The notes below the pieces were generated by a model. That model made no database searches. It saw only the letters and a program-made list of their open reading frames with translations, and had not been told where the DNA came from. A stretch of 64,000 bases of DNA from Trichoplax adhaerens (taxonomy: Eukaryota > Animalia > Placozoa), in NCBI RefSeq assembly GCF_000150275.1, contig NW_002060949.1, positions 30,672 through 94,671 of the forward strand, read 5' to 3'. The first letter of the stretch is position 1. Each line of letters starts with the position of its first letter. Below, piece by piece: positions 51,501 to 64,000 of the stretch. The translations under genes were made by a program, and so were the position numbers.

Positions 51501-54500
51501 CAATTCTTTAAAAGTTTACGTTATTAGATATTATGTTTAAGTGAATTGATGATCATAGCAATGAAGTATCGTCCGAATTAGTCATAAATGCGTACATTAT
51601 AATAGTAATCATGTTCTTACATAGTTTTTGTCATTATATTATATTTGTAAACTGATGGTCATTAATCATGATTGTAGAAATCAATCAATAAAATATCATT
51701 GCTATTCTTCACTAACCTTCAAGCGTTGTCGTAGGCGTTCTATTTGGATTTCTAACTCCTTGTTTCGCTCCATGATTATCTCTTTCGTTGCTTGTAATTT
51801 GTCCTCACGGTCTTTCAAAGAATTTACCATTTCGACACCTTGATTGATATCATGATCGAATATTGTTTTATATTTATCATGGATAGATGAAATGGATTGA
51901 GCAGCTAAAGAACGATTATCATCATCATTATCGTCTGGATTTGGGTTAGGTTGACGAATAACATTTTCCATTTCTTGTTGATGCTGAAGATGGATTTGTT
52001 GGCGTTCAGTCAATTCTCGTGCTAAATTTCTATATTGAAATTGTGGAATATAGATTTAAGAAATCAATAAATTCTAACATGTAAAAGCCAACTTAGGTAT
52101 TTCTATAACTTAAAATTATTAAGAGAAAGTTTTAACAGCAGTTCATACAATTTTATTTTCCTTCTAACAGAATTAGGAGTTTCTCGTTCAGTTCCTGACT
52201 CTGAAGCCTATGTCAATATTAGAGTGATTCTAAGTGTTATTTCATCACTTGAATAACAATAATGCATAGTAGCATAATATATAATCTTAGCGTATTGTAG
52301 ATATGGTAGAACTAAAGTTACTTTAAAATTATTTCGGTCATATGGCTTCGTTACTATGGACGACCATATTAGCGATCAAGAGACGTTGTTCAAGAAAGTA
52401 ATTTAACTCAAGTCATTACCTCAGATGTCTGCCCACCAGAACTGCCCAGATGAGCGCTTAATTGAGCTATGATTTGATGTTCTTCCGTCCTGAATAGAAT
52501 TCAAATAGTTAAAATTGAATTAAAGTTTAATTAAAGTAATTATTACAAAGTTGAATCGAATAAACTAACAACGTGTAACTCTTCGAAGTAACGACTGAAT
52601 AAATTGACATTAGAATAAAATTAAACAACTACTAAAAATGCAAAAAAATTTTCAGCAGTTCATTAACTTATTCCAATTCATGACTGATTACATCTGATAA
52701 TTACATTTATAATAAACTTTATATGCAATTATTCGGACTACTTACGCATTCGATTTTATTTTATTTGTAATATTTTGACAATTATCGCTAACAGGGACTA
52801 AATCCTCTTCAGGTGGAACCGATGCTTGTGATTTGTTTTCATCTTCATGAATACTTCCAACGACTGCTCGGCTTCCTCTACTCATTATCATCATTACAAG
52901 TAAAAAATCGAAAGAAAAAATTTACAAATGCATATCGACCAACGTAAATAAAAGGCAATAACTGTTTCTTTTATACCTTGTCGATGCTATAGTACTTGCT
53001 TTTTCAGAAATATTATCAGATATATCATTAGTACGCTCTTGCAATTGCCGAGATTGCTCTGATATTTGACGTTGTAAATCACCTTGGCTGGCTAGTTCAT
53101 CATCACGAAAAATTATTTGAGTAGAATTGTCTACATGATCAGCTTGTGAAATATTTTCATCTCCATTCGAGGCTAGTTGGCTTGTATTAACAATATTCTG
53201 ATCTTCAGGATTCATTGATGATAAGGTTGCCTTTGAGTCATTACCTGGAGCGTGAATGTCGCTCTCTGTATTCTCGTCATCAGGTAGCATATTCAAATTC
53301 GACGCTGGTGTTTCGCTTCTATAATGAGCCATCGAAAATTTTTCGATTTAGTTGACTAATGATCGTTACCGTTATTATCTTCTATCCTAACTTTAATTTC
53401 AATTCCATAATTAATCAATATTCATGCTTCATTATCGTATTAGCAATCGCTATTAATCTTAAACAGCTACATCTCATGAATAGTATTAGTCATGTCACAA
53501 CCTTAACTATCAACGTTATCAATATTAGCTGCTATATAATTGGTTCTAAGAAATTGCAAGTAATATTAAATAGCAAGTTAGTAGTGATTAACTTACATTG
53601 CTATGAAACTAGAATCGATAATAGCAGTTTCTCTTTCCTCTGCTTCTTCAGTCTCATTACCATCCCTATTCGCATCATTTTGACTAAAAGTACTATTCTG
53701 AGATTGATCAGGTGGATTAGTAGACTGATTCTGACTTGATTCTTCCTGATCATTTTGTGGTTCGGTTTCCTCTAGTATGGAAGATGAATTTTCAATACAA
53801 ATATAGCGTGGTTTTGCGGCTTTCCTTTTGTATCTTTTCGTTACTTTATTACGAAAGGTTCTAGCGAAATCTTTCACTCCTTCCTTAGAAGTTGTCTAGT
53901 AATTGAAGAACATGATGCATCAATGTAATTAGCTACTTGCCGCCAGTTTACTTATGAGTAAATATATAATCAATTATAATCAATTTTAGACGTGGATGAG
54001 CGTATAAATTTAGCTGTAGTTTTAAATATAAAGTATCTTATTTATCGCTAATAGAGCCACTATTTTTCCTATCAGTAAAACATATGATTAATTTTAGACG
54101 TGAATGAGTGCAATAGCATGGCAAGTTTAGCTATGTATTTCACTTAAAGTTTTATGTATATCAGTGGCTACTTTTATTGTTTAAAAGATAATGAACAAAT
54201 GATAAAGTTGCTCGTTAGTCACAACTAATTCCGTAGGGGATTGCATAACTTACCGCTACACAATATTCTTGAGTTGGATCGCCTGCTTTATGGTGTTTAC
54301 CAGATTTACCAGATAAAAAACAGTTCTACATATAAGACAAACACGGAATAAATAGAAATAGCGCAGTATTTAAAGATCGCGAGACAAGCAAGTAAAGTGT
54401 AGACGAAAGCGTTAACAAAAATCATCATCAAAATACTATTTTAAATCCATTTCTAAAAACGTTAGTATGTAAAGTATAGTTACAAACCTGGCAGATGTCA

Positions 54501-57500
54501 AAATTAAACTTTTTCAAGCTTTTAAATCTAATATTGGAAATGAATTCAATCTTATAAGATTGCATACTTAATGTCTAGGTTACTATGCGACCTAAAATTT
54601 ATTTTTATATTTATTTTCATGCCTATTTTCTAACTAAAACCAATATTTATGAAATTACCGTAATCCAACAATTGGCGTCTTTTTACAGATTCCACATTTA
54701 ACATCATGAACAACTATGGATATTAAAATAATTATCGCAGAAAGTTAAATTATGAACTGAACATAATATGAAAGGCATATGTTGGAGATAATGAGCTAAG
54801 AAAGAGAATTGAATTGTTTTTTTACCATTTTCAGCCGCAATGACTCTTTCCATTGTCGATAGCCAGACAATTGTTTGTGGTTCTTCTAGAACCCATTGCG
54901 TAAATTCCTCTTCTTCTAATCTATCTGGTCCATTTTTCTAAATATATATTAGTGTCAGTAAAGGTACTGCAGCCGTGATAAGAACGAATAGTAAAGTAAT
55001 ATATATTTAGGGTAGTTTCAAGGAAAACTAGTAAAATTCCAAAGTATTTTATATCAGCTGATGTATAGGTAGAGATCAGTCATTATATTTAAACAGAGGA
55101 AGAGTCGTAAGGAACAGTGTTTTAGAATTATACTGAAAAGTAAAACTATAGGCCACATTTCACGCCCATCTCTAAATGAAACTGTTCATGCTTTATGAAC
55201 GAGCTAATTCAGGCATGTAATAGAGGTATGTAGACTACTCTTTCACTGTTACGAAACGAGTAAATATTGTATGTAAATATCGATATATATTGATGATAAC
55301 TTATTACCGATGGATGAGCAGCTTTATCATAGCAGTTTTTGACAGCATTCTGTATACTGTGGATACCACCAAAAGACGGATCTTCCTTAATATAGCTGAC
55401 AATCTAACGATGAAAGTTTTGTATCAGTATTCATAGACTAGTTAACAATAAGATGTTAGAAAACATGACTTAGCGACAATACAGTTATATGCCACATGTC
55501 TACATCGCAATAAACTATATAGTGACGAATATGTCTGCTTTATTTCTATTTAATGTAGACATACTATTATTAATTAATTATAATAACTGCTTTAAAATTC
55601 ACATATCAAATAAATTAAAATACTGCAAAGAGTTTTATATGTATTTCTAGGTAGTTAATATAACATATAAAGATATTGTTACTTTACTAGAATAAAGATG
55701 CTCGTATATACGGCACTACAAATCTACCAAAAATATTATGATGGATACGTGTCTATTTTTTATGTAACACAGATGTGACGTTAATTTTCGCAGCAGTAAC
55801 TACCTAATTTGTAAGCTATAGATCAAGAATGCATTTAATAATCACAGTATCATGAAGATATTACGCAATTAATAGAAAGCTTAAGATATTTTGCCTCTGA
55901 TCTGCTACAGATACACGACACAAACACCAAATCATCCAGTCATACAAATGTAGTATTATATAAGTATAGCGATAAAAACGAAATGATTTGAAGGTTTTAG
56001 TAGGTCTACGCATTTATAACGAAAGTTACTTAGAATATAAACGATATAAAATCAAACTGAAGCTCTATTAACCTGCATTAATTGACTTAGGAGGGATTCT
56101 AAACCTTCAGCATTAGCAAATTTACCCCGGTTGGCTATCAGCTTGAATAGAACTAGATTAGAATTGATTTAAGGGTAGATTTACACACTTAGTAAAATTG
56201 TTCTTGAATATAGTAATGAGTTTAAGAAAACTTCAACTTACATTGATATTTATCCCGTAAGTAGCCTTTGCACATGACGGTTAAAAAGATTTTAATCGCT
56301 GTTAATTTTAATTTACCACTACGATCACTACATTAAAAAACGAAAAAGCGACGGTCATGAGACGTTTTAATGTTAGTTTATATCCATTACAGATAGATAT
56401 TGCTAATGGCAATAAATAATAGCGATAAAAATACTAAATTCATATCTGGTTTTTCAGTACTATATACTAGTTACTTGACAATGTTATAAAATTATGGCCT
56501 ATCGCTACTTATAATTCGTACTGGTAAAAGTAGTAATGATCATTTATTTGCTAGTCATGTATTACTCCGATACATTATTGTGCAGAATGATGAATAATAA
56601 TTCTGAAGTTTTAAACCTTCATCTAAAATTAGATCTTGTTTTAATAGTATGCTTATGCTTTTAACACATATAGCTTATAATAATGAAGTGGTTACGGCAA
56701 CGTAACTACTGAAAATATAACTAATTGTTAGCCAAATTTTGTATCTACTAATGATTAAATAGTTAAAATTTATTTTCTATTCTGCGAATGTTAGAAACTT
56801 AACCTTTAGCATGAAGGAGACAGGCCTAAAAATTTTGACTTACCGATCGAAAATATTAAGTGCAAAATTTAAGGCTAAATCTGTGCTTAATAACGGATTT
56901 GCAAGTTCTATGTCGTTGGCCAACGTCGGCTGGCTAAATAGCTTTACCAAGATATTTTCTAAATCTAATACATTCATATCTTGGACTTCATCGTCATCAC
57001 TTGATTGCTGAGTACCATAGCCCAACTGATCAAAAACGCTTAATAATCTTAAGAATTCCACCTTGTCAACTAGAATAGAGATTAAATAGAGAAGTTGAAA
57101 ATAATGGGACGCAAAGGAGATACCGGTATATAATTCTTGTTTTAATAATTCAATATTGAAATTTATATAGAGTGGTTAACTTACATTCACATCTTTGCTG
57201 AATAATGCGCATTTTAATGGCCGTTCTATATGCAGCAAACTTGATATAATTCAATTGATCTGAAAATTATCAAGAAGAAAACCGTATACTTAAACTAAAA
57301 TATGGATGATTCATAACATGGTACAGTATATTGACATTCTACTAAGCTTAACACCTTAACTACTTGAAGCTGCAGTGATATTTTACCAGTTTACACGAGT
57401 AATTTCATTTGAAGCTATTTTATAAGATCATGTTCTCTAATTATTTCAATTTTATACGCATTAAATCGTTGCGACTAAGACTTATTTCTTTATTCTCACT

Positions 57501-58059
57501 AGGATTAAAATTATTCAATACGCAAGCAAATATTTTTGGATAATGTGCGGTTAGGATACGAGTTGTTAATTGAAGATTAATCTTAAACACAATTATTAAC
57601 ATACCAATTTCTCGTAGGATATCCGTTGTAGTCGGATGATCCCATTGCGTTCGACACGTTTTGTGACTATTTAAGATAATCATATCAGATATTTAAAACA
57701 AATTATAAGAAATGTTGATAAAAAAATTGATTATGATACGGTATATGTTGGTTTGATGATATAATACAAATTACAAATTACAACTTACGCTAATTTAAGG
57801 CGAGGATATCGGATATTAATCAATTATTTATGCATAGTACAGATAATACAGTTGAACTAACATCATAAATGCTAGTCTTATAATTTTATACGAACATCTA
57901 CGGTACTTAGTCTTATTTAACTTAATGATAGAGGATTAAATAGTGAAATAATCCTACTAAAATATTAAACTGATACTTTTACAAGATGTATTACTCACTC
58001 GACATAATATGGAATACCGGTATCAGTTTCTGATCGTTCCCAATCATCTGGCAAGTCAC
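48529..58059 (-). CDS. Dystrophin-family protein (WW-EF-hand-ZZ-coiled coil); 5' and 3' ends uncertain
   Basis: WW: DLPDDWERSETDTGIPYYVD/HKTCRTQWDHP. EF region: LNYIKFAAYRTAIKMR, DLALNFALNIFDR, EDPSFGG, EPQTIVWL. ZZ: KCGICKKTPIVGLR/FKSLKKFNFDICQ/NCFLSGK...QEYC. Then TTSKEGVKDFARTFRNK, syntrophin-site-like EEHQIIAQLSAHL, coiled coil ERNKELEIQIERLRQRL and C-terminal DELNNILSQLNSF. The stop is either 48529-48531 or, with one more exon, 48313-48315. Confidence 0.9.
50120..50920 (-). repeat. ~10 degenerate 20-36 aa Ser-Pro repeats in one 1.27-kb exon (49784-51056) of the dystrophin-like gene
   Basis: RPKASETSPI, RPKTSEISPV, PSKTSGMSPF, QGRTNGASPV, QPRTSSPSPV, QPKTSEASPN, QPRESDASPV, QPRASGVSPI, QPRTNGASPI, ISRTNGTSPI. 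Confidence 0.85.
51126..51392. repeat. Diverged ~100-bp direct repeat pair in an intron
   Basis: AGAAATTAAGACTGAAATTAAGAAATATAGTATCC...CATCATACTAATTTTTG (~51156-51229) resembles AGAAATTAAGGCTGAAATTAAGAGATACAGT...CATCGTACTAAGTTTTG (~51314-51390). Confidence 0.75.
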
Positions 58060-61000
58060 CTAAAGTGGAATCAATAAATTAGGTCTTGCGAAATAATCAT
58101 AAATTATTTTGAAAGTAATTGCTGCATCTTTAGCAGTTACAAAATAGTATGTAGCTTTAGCTCTATTGAAAGTGGAATACGTTATTATTTTATTCATCTA
58201 CAGTTCTACACCCCAATCAATGTTGTTAATTATAGGCTACGGTATGTCTAACTCAGTTCCCTATGCTTTGCTTTCCTTAGCTTTACCTCCATTACGTAAG
58301 TTAAATCTTAGCCCATCTTTACACTGAATCAATTTGTGTCTTAAATATCTTAAACTTGATGAAAAACTTTAGTATTTTTTCTTTAACTAAGATCAATCTA
58401 TACCAAAAGTATTAGTGTAGCATGATAAGCACTGTATTTTAAACTTTTGCTAGACTACTTAAGGTACACTAGTTAAGTTTATCAAAACTTAAAAATCATG
58501 TACGCTCGGTACAGTAACTATAAGATCATAACTAAAATTTCTGTAGATTGATTTCTTTTGACAGTAGCTCAAGTAATTCGGAAAAACTTGCTATCAATGT
58601 TTGACTATTTGACTATTGATTTTTGGATAGTGCCAATATCGCTTTAATTACCAGCACCAAGAAAGCTTAATCGTTAATTTTTCACTTTATCTGCCTAAAA
58701 ACTTGCTTTAATTATCCCTTGAATCCCTGTAAGAAGGGGCTTTAACAGGTAATATCGTCATCGTTTAGTCGATGAACTTAATGAAAACCTAAAGTATACC
58801 GCAAAACCATAAAATGTTTTCGGGTTGATATTATTGCAGCAAACTTTACATGATCATAAATATAGCAAATGCATATATGAAAAAGAACCTTTCAATGTTT
58901 AGTATTCCGATCAATAGATACTACATCCGAATAAATTCAGAAATCTTTCATTACAGCATTTGAATAAGTATTGGTAGCACGTTTAACCCATCAAATCAGT
59001 ACTGAAGAACAGGCGTCAAAAGTTAAAATTTTTGATAAAAGTCACCAGTAACTGTGGCTCGATGACGATTGCTTTAAAGGTATATGTATCATCGATCTAC
59101 TATGAAAAATAGCTCTATTAGGCTATAACTATTTGATATAGAGACTAGCCCAAAAATTCGAACAAATAAGCTATGATTACCATCGCAGTTACTCATGCTA
59201 ATAATTGTGATCGAAATGGTATTCTTCAACTGAAGCAGTAGCTACCAAGAACGAAGTAATTTATGAGGATGATCACGAATGCTACACACTATGAAATTGA
59301 AGACGCACTACAATCTTTCTAAGTGAAATGAATGCAAAGCAATAGTTAACAATTGCAAAAGGAAACATCATTAAAGTAGGTCACATATTATCTGCTATGG
59401 CCCTTTTTCTATACTGTATATGCGTATATTCAGATCTAATAACTAATAAATGTAATCAATAATAGCACAATGAGTACTGTTATCAAGATATCTCCAGTTA
59501 AGTAAGGTCTTTATCGCTCTTAGTAATCTAAGGATGATCAAGGGATAAATAAAAACTGTTTGGTTGATGTTCAGTATATAACACTGTGAGTCTTAAAAGT
59601 AAAATGTGTCAAATGATCTTAACCATTTAAAGTTTATATGAGATTTTTCCTGTCATACGAGTATTTAGCATTCTATGTATCTCCTGAACTGCTGCTACTT
59701 TCTTACTGTAACCAACAATGTTTATATAGATTGACATCGATGATTTTAATTTTTATAGACCGTAACTGATAATACAGGTGTGTATGATGGCATAATATTG
59801 GCTGATTATGATTCATTATAGTAACTATCATCAATACATGGGTTTAATGTCATTGCTATGATGATCATGAATGCCGTTATTATCGTAATTGAAATCATTT
59901 CAGGATAGAATAACATGCTATTCATATTGATAATCATTTTAATGGCATTTTTTAAAACACTATCATTAAAATTTTGATAGAAGAGATTGAAGAACATTAG
60001 CCTTCGTTAAGCGGAAATAGTAACCAATGATTGCTGGATATTATCGTCATAGATTGAAATCATAAAAGCTGCAGGCGTCTACTTTTTTTTAAAACATTAT
60101 AAAATAAAATGAATACAAGCTGAACAGTAAATACGAGACGATTTTGTTCCTTCTAACAAATTTCCTGATGTGTCTACTTGGACCCAATTCACATGGACTA
60201 CCGCTATATAGTAATTAGCCTTAGTAACGTAGAGTATAGTCATTTATAGTTAAAAGTCGAACGTTTCAGTTAAGTATTTAAGGCCTTGGCTATTTAACAG
60301 TTTAAATCATCATTCCAAAATAGATTAGATTAATTACAAATGAGGAATTTGTATCATGGAATGATTTTATCGAGAAAGCTAAAGACGATCCCAAAAAAGT
60401 TATAACTACAAGAATATCAATCATCTTACTTTCAATTTCTGGCATGTTGATAGATGAATTTATAACGATGCCAAGTCCGTATAATATTATCCTAGCGGTT
60501 AGAAGGAATAATTAAAATAGAGCTTGGTAATAACACCTGGAATATTCGTAGGAAAATTAGGAGTTGTGTCAATTTAGCTAGAAACTCTTTCGATTATATT
60601 CACTTTAATGGCAAATTATTATCGTTATCGAATCAATCATCAACATTCAATTAACAGGAAGTTAAGTCAGTTATTTTCAAACTGCATCATCTCAATATAG
60701 GAGAATTATCCCCTCTAGAAATTTAAAAATTTGTAAATTACCGATGCTAAGCTCGCTATGTTGTTGTTGTTGTCGTCGACAAATTTAATGAGATGCCAGT
60801 AGTGCTGATCCAAGACTAAGTAGTAGCGTTATTGTATTATTATATAGTCAAAAGGCATTGTAAGTAGACCAGCAAATCATACCTCTATTAGATTGTTATC
60901 CAGAACTGAACATGGCCGAACCTTTTAGAATTATTTCAAATAGATTGTGAAAAAATCAGCTATAGCGTCGCGGTCTTCGCTATAGCAACACCATCGCGCG

Positions 61001-63080
61001 TGCGTAATGGCTGCGTGGGTGGATCACTTGGAATTGTCCAATTAATCGTTTATTCAATATGAACGATATTGATTTTTTTCCTTGGATTTTGGAAGAATAG
61101 AATCAATCGTATCGATCAGTTCAAAATTAATAGTAATGATCAAAACCTGTAAAGGTAGGAGAATCTATACGAGTATGTTGGATTCGCGCAAATCTGTACG
61201 TAAGTTAAAGAACGTAGAACAAACCAGTGTGCATGATTAGCAATTCTGCTGACATAAGGCTAATATGATTCGTTCTTCCTCATACTATTGCATTAATTGC
61301 GCCTTAAGCAGGTGCAATAGCTATATCGTATTTAGTATTGAGATCAAGGATATGGTAGCAATGCGTAACAAATACCAGTAATCCATAACATAATTCGACG
61401 GTGAATGTATATGTGCGTGTATGTTTTGATAAATAGGAATACTACATTCATAACTGAAGCCAATAAGAAAGAGTATTATGTTCCCAAATTAGAGTTCAGT
61501 CTTACTTATTTATTCTGTATCAGTAACTATAAGCACCTTTATATTTATAGTCCGCATATTGTAACATTACACTGCATAGGAAATGAGAACTATGTCGCAT
61601 TAAAAAATACTAGAGAAGGTCTTTCTTGATTATCTAGTTAATCCTATATCGTAGAGTTAATATATCCATTCATAAATATAATTATTTGTTCCATTCATGG
61701 ATTTAACTAACTTGGTGGAATTCTATGTTCTAAATTAATATTGTAACTAATTCATGTGATGTACTGAGCATCCTTTTCTCTATAAGAGTAAATGTCATGA
61801 TACTTATGACCTCTTAGAAAGCAACGCTTAAATAAGATATGTATGTTGTATCTGTAAAGTTAGCTGATCAGATATGGTGTCATAGTCTCCTGTTATAATG
61901 ACCTTTTGATGTGGCAAACTATCCTCCACTCCGTAAGATAGATGTCATAATTTTCATATTCCTTTGATAGATAGAAATGTGAATCAGGAGAAGGCCTATA
62001 TTACAATAATGTTGCAGAAGAATGTAGTACTGAGTCATTTAGACAATTCTATGAACTACTGAAAATGAATGTGAATGTATATCTTAATCGAATATGGGCA
62101 CTCTATCTATAAATCTAGCTAACGTGAAAGGGTGATCGTGTTCCAACACTATAACATGTTTGCAATTATTTAAGTATGTTGATAATTCTCTGCTAGAGCA
62201 TTGTAGCTTTCATGTTAGTATAATGAACGCGATACGATAATTATGGCGTAATAAAGATACAGCGAAATGCTCTGCTAGATTATTTAAAATTTATAGCTAC
62301 CGTATACCGCAAAGTGTAAAGCATCTTAGATAAATAGAATTTCTATGATATCTACAAATCTTTAGTAGCTAGATATAAGTACATCTTAATAAAGATGTAC
62401 TAGAAGAGTATTATACTAATTCAATTTAAGTTGAGAAAGTGTCCCCTACATTAAATATTGTAATGTGTGTAATCTTAATGTTATAACTACTGCATAAATA
62501 TCTATAAAGTTTTACGGTATTAATAATTTTATAGAAGTCACGACGATTATATTTTGATCAAACATCAATATTACATACGTAAATATTAATAATTTTAAAA
62601 GTATCACATTGCCATATTGTAATTGATTCGACACATCTTGATCAAACTAAAAACGTTACACTGTTTAATTTTGCTAATTATATGGTATCACTTTCCTATG
62701 TTATAATTAATTTATGATCTCACCACTTTGATCTATTCTATAACAATAACAGCAATTACATATGCAACTTATTGTAAGTTGTTATATCTACATAATAAAG
62801 AGATAGCTACGATAAATAGACCTTAATAAAACATAAACATTATACCTATGCTATAGTATTCAAGCTTTCACGCTGAAGTGTTATATTTAATTCATGAGAT
62901 GAGAGGAGTATGCGTTTTGCTCAAATATAATGTCTTTAGTAATTCTATGAACTTAAATCCATCATGCCCTTATAATAAATTAATGATCGCTCAAAGTAAT
63001 ACTGTGCATTTGATTAATAATATTAGTCTTCAACCCTATAGTCCTTTGCTTCTCCTACTAACCTAGTCAACAGGAAAAAC

Positions 63081-63130
63081 NNNNNNNNNNNNNNNNNNNN
63101 NNNNNNNNNNNNNNNNNNNNNNNNNNNNNN
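63081..63130. other. Assembly gap (50 N)
   Basis: Run of N characters. Confidence 1.
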
Positions 63131-64000
63131 TTAATGCAGTATAAAGACTACATTTGAGGTTCATCATTTTATCATATTGATTCAAATGGATAGCGATACA
63201 TGGTCTAGCGATCAAGAGGTCATCACGCGTCCATCTTCACCTAGATGGACCGTATCTAAAATTAAGAAATTAATTGCTGAGGTAATCGTAATTGTCAAGG
63301 TATGATAATTTATATACTAAATATAAGTATTAATGTGTAGTACTTTAATAATATTAACGGGTATAGGTGGCTGATCATGAAGTCCTATGGAGGGTTTGCC
63401 ACCCTAGATATAGGGATAGAACGGCCAAGGCCGATAATTGGCGAAAAATTGGCATGGAGTTGTATGACATTAACGGTACAGTACCACTCTACTGAGCTAC
63501 CAAAAATGGGAACAGCTACAGTACTGTATATATGTGCAAATGTACAGTACTAAAAATTTCATTAATTTTAATTTGATTGTAATATTTTAATTTATTTATT
63601 AACCAGGTACAGGAATATAGATGACGTCATCATCTGTCTTGTCTCGAGTCCTGTCCTGCAAAAAGTTCATCGTGTGAATGCACCTTAAAAGAGGCCCTCG
63701 CTTATTTACTGTAGGTGTCCAGCTGTCCATGATACCGTAGTATACATTGTACAATGTACAACTGAGTGATAATTATCATAATTGTATGTAGGTATAGTGT
63801 CCTATTCAGTAGTACGATAGCATAGACAAGGACTGCTAAAAATAAGATAAATGGATTATGAAAAAAGTGTTCGAGCATGCGTAAATCTACCCATCTTAGT
63901 AGATGGCGCGAAAATGGTTCCTTGCAAAAAAATTCTTTAATTATTTACATTCATTGCTTCTGCTCCGAACCGTATAAAACTGGAGAAAAATCACATAGGT
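63131..64000 (+). repeat. Copy 2 of 8949-9818 (Harbinger-like remnant plus flank; runs off window end)
   Basis: Apparently identical to 8949-9818. TIR-like end at 63684 followed by TTA. Confidence 0.95.
63186..63620 (+). pseudogene. Truncated MADF domain gene, copy 2
   Basis: Exons 63186-63281, 63367-63475 and 63607-63620 are the same as in copy 1. Confidence 0.7.

Noticed and set aside
53359-53739. 126-aa plus-strand ORF
   Set aside because: Antisense to dystrophin-like exon and intron sequence, with low-complexity Ile-rich composition.
61018-61030. GGTGGATCACTTGG resembles the 5' end of 5.8S rRNA
   Set aside because: Only ~11-13 nt match. The downstream GTCGATGAAGAACG core is absent.

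Overview
AT-rich, compact, intron-rich animal genomic DNA. Base composition, ~70-130 nt introns and gene density suggest an early-branching metazoan such as a placozoan (inference, not proven). Manual splicing resolves six multi-exon genes: (1) the 3' part of a patatin-like phospholipase (+, 1186-7705); (2) histone chaperone NASP (+, 10699-15205), with a U12-type intron; (3) the CAF1/DEDD deadenylase TOE1 (-, 16085-~19163); (4) PIGG (+, 19713-24656), head-to-head with TOE1; (5) midasin MDN1 (+, 26993-47456), with an intron-dense 5' end followed by giant exons; (6) a dystrophin-family gene (-, ~48529-58059+). The last has WW-EF-ZZ, syntrophin-site, coiled-coil and C-terminal motifs plus a large Ser-Pro repeat insert, but no visible spectrin or CH domains. 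A PIF/Harbinger-like remnant (truncated MADF gene plus one terminal repeat) sits at ~8.7-9.5 kb, and 870 bp of that region recurs apparently identically right after a 50-N gap at the window end. No tRNA, rRNA or CRISPR array was found. Exon coordinates were read by eye and may be off by a few bases.
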